Both the position numbers and the translations under genes were made by a program. A model generated the notes under the pieces. It was not told where the DNA came from and searched no databases. It was given only the letters and a program-made list of their open reading frames with translations. 64,000 nt of DNA, from contig CAVSHR010000005.1 in assembly GCA_963727625.1 (NCBI GenBank), positions 640,001-704,000 of the forward strand, written 5' to 3'. The DNA comes from an uncultured delta proteobacterium (GTDB lineage Bacteria; Desulfobacterota; Binatia; UBA9968). Of this stretch, positions 58,295 to 64,000 are shown one piece after another. Position 1 is the first letter of the stretch, and the number at the start of each line of letters is the position of its first letter.

Positions 58295-59921
58295 GTCGCG
58301 CCCCTTCTTTCAAGTCCCCTATAAGATCTTTATGACAGTGGAAATTGGGCGTTGTATTTTCCAAGAGTGGGTCATTAATTAATTGTTGACCGGTGAGTTC
58401 GTCGACGACGGCTTCCATAAGTTTCCCGGCGGCGGTGTGGGCGGTGGCGAGCTGCGTTTCCAACGCATCCACCAAGGCCATCAGTTCGTCTACTTTCGCC
58501 ACAATTCGGCGTTGTTCAGCGAGGGGGGGTATTGGAATAGGATATTCGCTCAAGGAGCGCCCGGTAAGATGTTTAATCGTCGCACCCGTAAAATAGCTCG
58601 CGAGCACATCGTTCTGGCAGTCAACTTGTAGGTGTAGGGCCAAGAATTCTGTGAGAATCGCCGCACAGGGTCGAACACGATGGAGTGCTTTTTGAAAATA
58701 CATCTCAGGAACCTGATCATTCCAAATGGCGCAACGTCCCGGCTCGCCGCCTTCGCAAATCAGGAGGTCGCCGTTGCTCAAGCGAAGGTCGTTTTTCTCC
58801 CGCTCCTCAACACGCATCTCTTTTACGTCATCCAGTTCGAACCGCATCCACTGAACATTAGTGTTTCGAAGGTAAGGCTTCAGCTCTCCTCGATTTTTCT
58901 CGGCGTCCAGCATCTTCCCTAGTCGTTGCTCACCGACACCGGCAAATCGTAACCATGACCACGAGTCGGGCACCGCGTACCGTTGTTCCTTTTCGGAGAC
59001 CGCCCACCGCTCCAGATCGACGCCTGAGGCATCAAGCGTAATACCGGCCGGCTCATCATTGGGATCTTGCGGGACGAGTTTGCCTTGGACGGCGAGGGTG
59101 AGGATGGTTTTGCGGAGGTCGGCGGGGGCGATGTCGTAGGATTTGTGGAATATGAAATTGAGGTTGGCCGGGGTGGGCGCGTCGGCGAAGCGGGCCAGCG
59201 ACGCGCGGGCGAGCGCGGCGTGCCGCGTCTCCCGTTCCTGCTGCTGCGCCTCCAGCCGGTCACACAACGCCATCAACTCATCCACCTTCGCCACGATCCG
59301 CTTCTGCTCGGCGAGGGGCGGGAGGGAATGAGGATAGATTGCTTCTTTCAATGTTTCCGTATTGACCGCTGCTTGATTGATCCACCGTGTGCAGATTTTC
59401 GCAAAATATCCGCTATTCCGAAGAAGCGTTAAAGTAAAAAACAACGAACCCCGGATAGATGCCTTCCTTGAGCCGAAGCCGAGTGATGTGATTGCTGAAC
59501 GCGTAGTCATAATCACGATCCACCAGACTTGTCTTGCCGACCAGCTCCTGGCTGTTGGTGTTATTCAGAGAATATCACCTCGGCGGATCGACGATTATTG
59601 GGGATCGACCATTTTAGGATTAATACGCACGAGTAGATCAAGGTTCGGAGTTCCCAGCGTCGAAATATTGTCGCGTACGGAGATGAACATGTCCGTTCTC
59701 CATCTGGTGATTCCTTAACAGGCAAATCCAGGCGTGATCAACGAGCATATTGATACAATAGTTCGCGTCTCCCACTCCGAGGGAGTACCGTTATCGTTCG
59801 GATTCTTGCCCGACAGGCCGCCGGAGAATGCGAGGCGAAGCACCAACTCCCGCATCTTCGCCACCGCATCGGGCGCGTCGGCGAAGAGGTCGAATTTTTC
59901 GAAGAAGGTTTCCAGATTCAT
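58287..59921 (-). CDS. hsdS: Type I R-M specificity subunit HsdS; first TRD disrupted by several frameshifts/stops
   Basis: Two PPLAEQxRIVAKVDELMAL conserved regions; LRKTILTLAVQGKLVPQDPNDEPA; N-terminus MNLETFFEKFDLFADAP. Confidence 0.88.
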
Positions 59922-60607
59922 ACGTTGAGTTCTTGATCGCGGGTCCATTCGAGGAGCTTTTTCTTGAGCAGTTGCTTGGAGGAATGCTCAAGCAAGAATA
60001 CGTAATGGGACAAACTGAGGGTGAAGGGATTGACGGATTTCCGAGACGGTGTCGCGGAAATCGGAATGGGAACGAATTTCGCAGACGGTGTCTGCGAAAT
60101 TGAGGGAAAGCGCTCTCGCCACGCTAGTCTCCTGGAACTGAAATCCATTGAATAAATCTCCCCTTGCCCCTCTTTGTCAAAGAGGGGTTTTCTGATGCCG
60201 TAGCCATAATCCCCCTTTGAAAAAGGGGGAAGAAAGGGGGATTTGAATGCGACTTGACCCGCGGCTATCGTTCTAGACTTTTTCGATGAACTTCGGGCTA
60301 GATAGAACTTTCGCATGTAGTCGAGATTTCGCTCCGAAAAGCCGCTTCCAAACTCTTCCGTCAACCGGGCCGACAACTCTTTCAGCAACTCCGTCCCATA
60401 AGCCGCCCGCTTTGCGCCTTTCTGTTCGTGCTCCACAATGCGCCGGCCGATCTCGAAATTGGTCATCACCTGAAAGGTATCCACGGCTGAAGCCACGCTT
60501 CGGCGAGCGGATTGATGAGTTCGCGGACCTCAGCGATGAGCGTAGCGAGACCGTCGAACTTGGCTATTACAGGCGCAGCTTTCTTGCCGGCCGACTTTCC
60601 TTTTCAT
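59918..60607 (-). pseudogene. YhcG/DUF1016 protein remnant (N-terminal domain only; PD-(D/E)XK domain deleted)
   Basis: FEIGRRIVEHEQKG..RAAYG, GFSERNL..MRKFY, LSLSHYVFLL joined directly to a C-terminal SKQLLKKKL; ATGA overlap with hsdM; frameshift near the start. Confidence 0.8.
60154..60244. repeat. CCCCTCTTT/AAAGGGGG palindromic REP/MITE-like element inside the DUF1016 gene
   Basis: AAATCTCCCCTT...AAGGGGGATTT termini with two internal hairpins. Confidence 0.75.
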
Positions 60608-62046
60608 CGCGTGAGAGCTTCCAGCAATTGCGCTTTCAAAGCGTTGCGAGTTTCCGCGATCTGGGCCAGCAACTTCTCGTATTCCGGCAGCAAATGATCC
60701 ACGTCGCCCGGGCCGGTGTCGGGGTTGTGCGGGTTCTTGAGATCGAGGTTGTAGTTGCCCGCCTTGATCTGATCGATCGAGACGCGCCAGGCCTGCTCGT
60801 TCTCCACTCGCTTGTCCCACCACGCCCGCTCCGGCTCGAATTCTTCGATTCGGATGGGTTTCCCCTTGTTGTAGCTCTTGGCGCCGGGCGGATAAGGGTG
60901 CTCGTAGTACCAGATTTCGGTTGTCGGCTGGCCCTTGGTGAAAAACAGCAGGTTAGTGCGGATGCCGGTATAGGGATTGAACACTCCATTGGGCAGCCGC
61001 ACGATGGTGTGAAGGTTGCAGTCGGTGAGCAGCGCTTCCTTGATCCGCGTCTTCACGCCCTCGCCGAAGAGCGTGCCGTCAGGCAGCACCAGACCGGCGC
61101 GGCCGCCGGGCTTGAGCAGCTTCATCAGCAGCACGAGAAAAAGATCGGCGGTCTCGCGCGTGCGGAACTCGGCGGGGAAGTTGGACTCGATGCCGTCCTC
61201 TTCCATGCCGCCGAACGGCGGGTTGGTGACGATGACATCGACGCGCTCCCTAGGCGACCAATCGCGCAGCGGCCGGGCCAGCGTGTTGTCGTGGCGGACG
61301 TTGGAAGGAACGTCGATGCCGTGCAAAAGCAGATTGGTCATGCACAGGATATGCGGCAGATGTTTCTTTTCGATGCCGGAGAAACAGTCCTGGATGAAAC
61401 TTTCGTCGGCTTCGGTCTTGGCCTGCTTGCGCAAGTGCTCGATGGCGCAGACGAGAAAGCCGCCGGTGCCGCAGGCGGGGTCGAGGATGATTTCCCGCTT
61501 GTCCAAGCGCGGGTTTATCTGCTCGACGATGAACTGGGTAACCGCGCGCGGCGTGTAGAATTCGCCGGCATTGCCCGCGGACTGGAGATCTTTCAGCAAC
61601 TTTTCGTAGATGTCGCCGAACATGTGGCGGTCATCGGAGGCGTTGAAGTCGATGCCGTTGATCTTGTTGATGACCTGGCGCATGAGGGTGCCGTTCTTCA
61701 TGTAGTTGTTGGCGTCCTCGAAGGTCATGCGGATCAGGCCGGCGATCTTGTTCGCGCCGCCTGTTAGCGACTTGAGCCTGGGGAGCAGCGTGATGTTGAC
61801 GAAGTCGAGAAGAGCGTCGCCGGTAATCCCCTCCTCGTCCGTGGCCCACGCGGACCAGCGCAGATGCTGCGGCAGCGGCGACTTGTAGTCGTCGCGGAGC
61901 AATTCGAGCTCCTGCTCGCGGTCGTCGAAGATTTTCAGAAAGAACATCCAGCCCAACTGTTCGAGGCGCTGGGCGTCGCCGTAGGTGCCGGCGTCCTTGC
62001 GCATGATGTCCTGAATGGTTTTGACGAGATTGGAAACGTTAGCCAT
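60604..62046 (-). CDS. hsdM: Type I R-M N6-adenine methyltransferase HsdM
   Basis: GEFYTPR, DPACGTGGFL, TNPPFGG. Confidence 0.96.
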   Translation of the reverse strand: MANVSNLVKTIQDIMRKDAGTYGDAQRLEQLGWMFFLKIFDDREQELELLRDDYKSPLPQHLRWSAWATDEEGITGDALLDFVNITLLPRLKSLTGGANKIAGLIRMTFEDANNYMKNGTLMRQVINKINGIDFNASDDRHMFGDIYEKLLKDLQSAGNAGEFYTPRAVTQFIVEQINPRLDKREIILDPACGTGGFLVCAIEHLRKQAKTEADESFIQDCFSGIEKKHLPHILCMTNLLLHGIDVPSNVRHDNTLARPLRDWSPRERVDVIVTNPPFGGMEEDGIESNFPAEFRTRETADLFLVLLMKLLKPGGRAGLVLPDGTLFGEGVKTRIKEALLTDCNLHTIVRLPNGVFNPYTGIRTNLLFFTKGQPTTEIWYYEHPYPPGAKSYNKGKPIRIEEFEPERAWWDKRVENEQAWRVSIDQIKAGNYNLDLKNPHNPDTGPGDVDHLLPEYEKLLAQIAETRNALKAQLLEALTR

Positions 62047-62049
62047 AGG

Positions 62050-64000
62050 TCATGCTGCTTTCTGATAGAGCGCGATTTCGAGCTCGCGGATCGCCGCGAG
62101 GTACTTTGCCTTGCTGCCAAAGGCTTTGATAATTTCCATCGGAGTGCCGAAGGTCGTAAGCGGATCGACTTTTAAAATATCCAGCGACTCGACGCTCTTG
62201 ATGCCGCCGTCGGCATATTTATCCAGGAGCGCGTTCAGGACGCCGCGCGCTTTCTTGCCGTACTTGGTAAAGACATCGCGCTTTTTTACCTGCTCGGCGC
62301 GCTCGCGCCGGGTGAGCGGCGGCTGCTCGAACGCAATATAGCAGACCAGATCGAAGGCATCGTAATCGCGGCCAACCTGTTCCGCCAGCTCGTCGAGAAA
62401 GACTCCCTGTTTGGCGAGCTCTTCGACGATCGCCTGCTTGCGCTCGGCGTCGCTCCAGGCGCTCAGAAATGCCGCAGCGACTGGTACTGTTGCAGCACGG
62501 TCTTCCGCGTGTAGTCCTTGAGCGTCTCGGTAATCAGCTTTCCGTCGCCGTCCAGATACTGAACTCGTTCGGAAACCACCGACACTTCCACGTCGTCGAC
62601 GTAATATTTGCTACGGCGCGGGCCGCCGTCAGGCCAGTGAGCCATCAATTGTAATTTCATCAGTGCTTGGCTGAACATCATCCGGGAAAACATCGCTTGG
62701 TTCGTCCGGAGGAACCGGCGATTGATCATCACTCGGTTCGTAGATTTGCACCGGGTCGCCGTCGAAATCGGGATCGGCGAATAGCTTGGTAGCGCCGCGG
62801 AAGTCCATGATGGTGAAAAAGAACTTGTTGTAATCCTCGTTGATGCGCGTGCCGCGGCCGATGATCTGCTTGAACTCGGTCATCGAATTGATCCGGCGGT
62901 CGAGGACGATCAGATGGCAGGTTTGCGCATCCACGCCCGTGCTCATCAGCCGCGAAGTTGTGGCGATCACTGGGAAAGTCGACTCGGGGTCGATGAAATT
63001 ATCGAGCTGCAATTTCCCCTCTTCGTTGTCGCCGGTAATGCGCATGACGTACTTGCTGTTGGCGCCGGCGAGATCCGGATTGGCGTTGACCAGCGCTTGG
63101 CGCATGCGCTCGGCGTGTTCGATGCCTTCGCAAAAGACTATGGTTTTGGCGAAACGATCCGTGGCTTTGAGAAACTCGGTGACTTTGGCGGCGACGATGG
63201 CAGTGCGTTTTTCCAGAACGAGGATGCGGTCGTAGTCCAGGACATTATATTCACGATCCTCGATTTCCTGGCCGTACCTGTCCGTCTTGCCCTTTTCCGG
63301 CCGCCAGCCTTCGAGGTCTTTGTCCAAGCCGATACGCACGACTTTATAGGGCGCGAGGAAACCGTCCGAGATGCCTTGGCGTAGCGAATAGGTATAAATG
63401 GGATCGCCGAAGTATTCGATGTTGGAAATCTCTTTGGTTTCTTTGGGCGTCGCGGTCATGCCGATCTGGGTCGCCGAGGAGAAGTAGGTCAGAATCCTGT
63501 GCCAGGCGGCATCGTCGGCGGCGCTGCCGCGGTGGCATTCGTCCACCACGACCAGGTCGAAGAAGTCCGGCGAGAACTGCTTGTAGATGTTCTGCTCTTC
63601 CTCGGTGCCGCTGACTGCCTGATAGAGAGACAGATAAATTTCAAAAGCCTTGTCCGCCGTCCGATGGGTAATCTTCGTCATCGCCTGACCGAACGGCTTG
63701 AAATCGTTGGTCTTGGTCTGATCGGCGAGAATATTGCGGTCGACCAGAAATAGAATGCGCTTCTTGGCGCCCGACTTCCACAGCCGCCAGATGATTTGAA
63801 AGGCGGTGTAGGTTTTGCCGGTCCCCGTGGCCATCACTAGGAAAATGCGGTTCTCGCCGCGCGCGATGGCTTCGACGGTGCGGTTGATGGCAACGAGTTG
63901 ATAGTAGCGCGGCGTCTTCCCGGTGCCGTCGTCGTAGTAGTCCTGCGTCGTGACGACTTCCTGCTCGGGCGTGTAACCTCTGGCCGCACGGTAACGGTCC
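62050..64000 (-). CDS. hsdR: Type I R-M endonuclease HsdR, EcoEI/EcoAI family (partial; frameshifts near 62630 and 62465)
   Basis: [36 protein letters not shown]-terminal PPLTRRERA. Confidence 0.93.

Noticed and set aside
32438-62640. Programmed frameshifting or phase variation in GST, SDR and hsdR
   Set aside because: Scattered single-base indels in unrelated genes are more simply explained by long-read consensus errors; this cannot be settled without reads.

Overview
GC-rich bacterial chromosomal window. The gene content (six amidohydrolase-family genes, orphan NMT1/SsuA-type binding proteins, Rieske oxygenase, LLM oxidoreductase) suggests Candidatus Binatia or related Deltaproteobacteria; this taxonomy is an inference. 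1-10.5 kb and 30-49 kb hold aromatic/heterocycle catabolic genes plus split Na+-pumping decarboxylase genes. 18.6-25 kb is a cell-envelope cluster with a sigma54-type promoter, and 25.5-30.5 kb is housekeeping (UvrD/PcrA, spermidine synthase fusion, TrmJ). There are two accessory regions. (i) 10.5-14.2 kb: two toxin-antitoxin pairs and mrr are interleaved with two extra diverged copies of the 3' end of the upstream amidohydrolase gene and with integron-att-like repeats, but no integrase is present. (ii) 49-64 kb: a defence/mobile island with an MNT-HepT pair in direct repeats, a DprA-like gene, orphan antitoxins, a REP-associated Y1 transposase, a c-di-GMP-I riboswitch-controlled secreted protein, a 5'-truncated IS110/IS1111 whose bridge-RNA guides can be read from the sequence, and an EcoEI-like type I R-M operon ending in an unusual 6-TM membrane-anchored HerA ATPase. 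Several genes carry single-base frameshifts consistent with long-read errors. No rRNA, tRNA or CRISPR array was seen.
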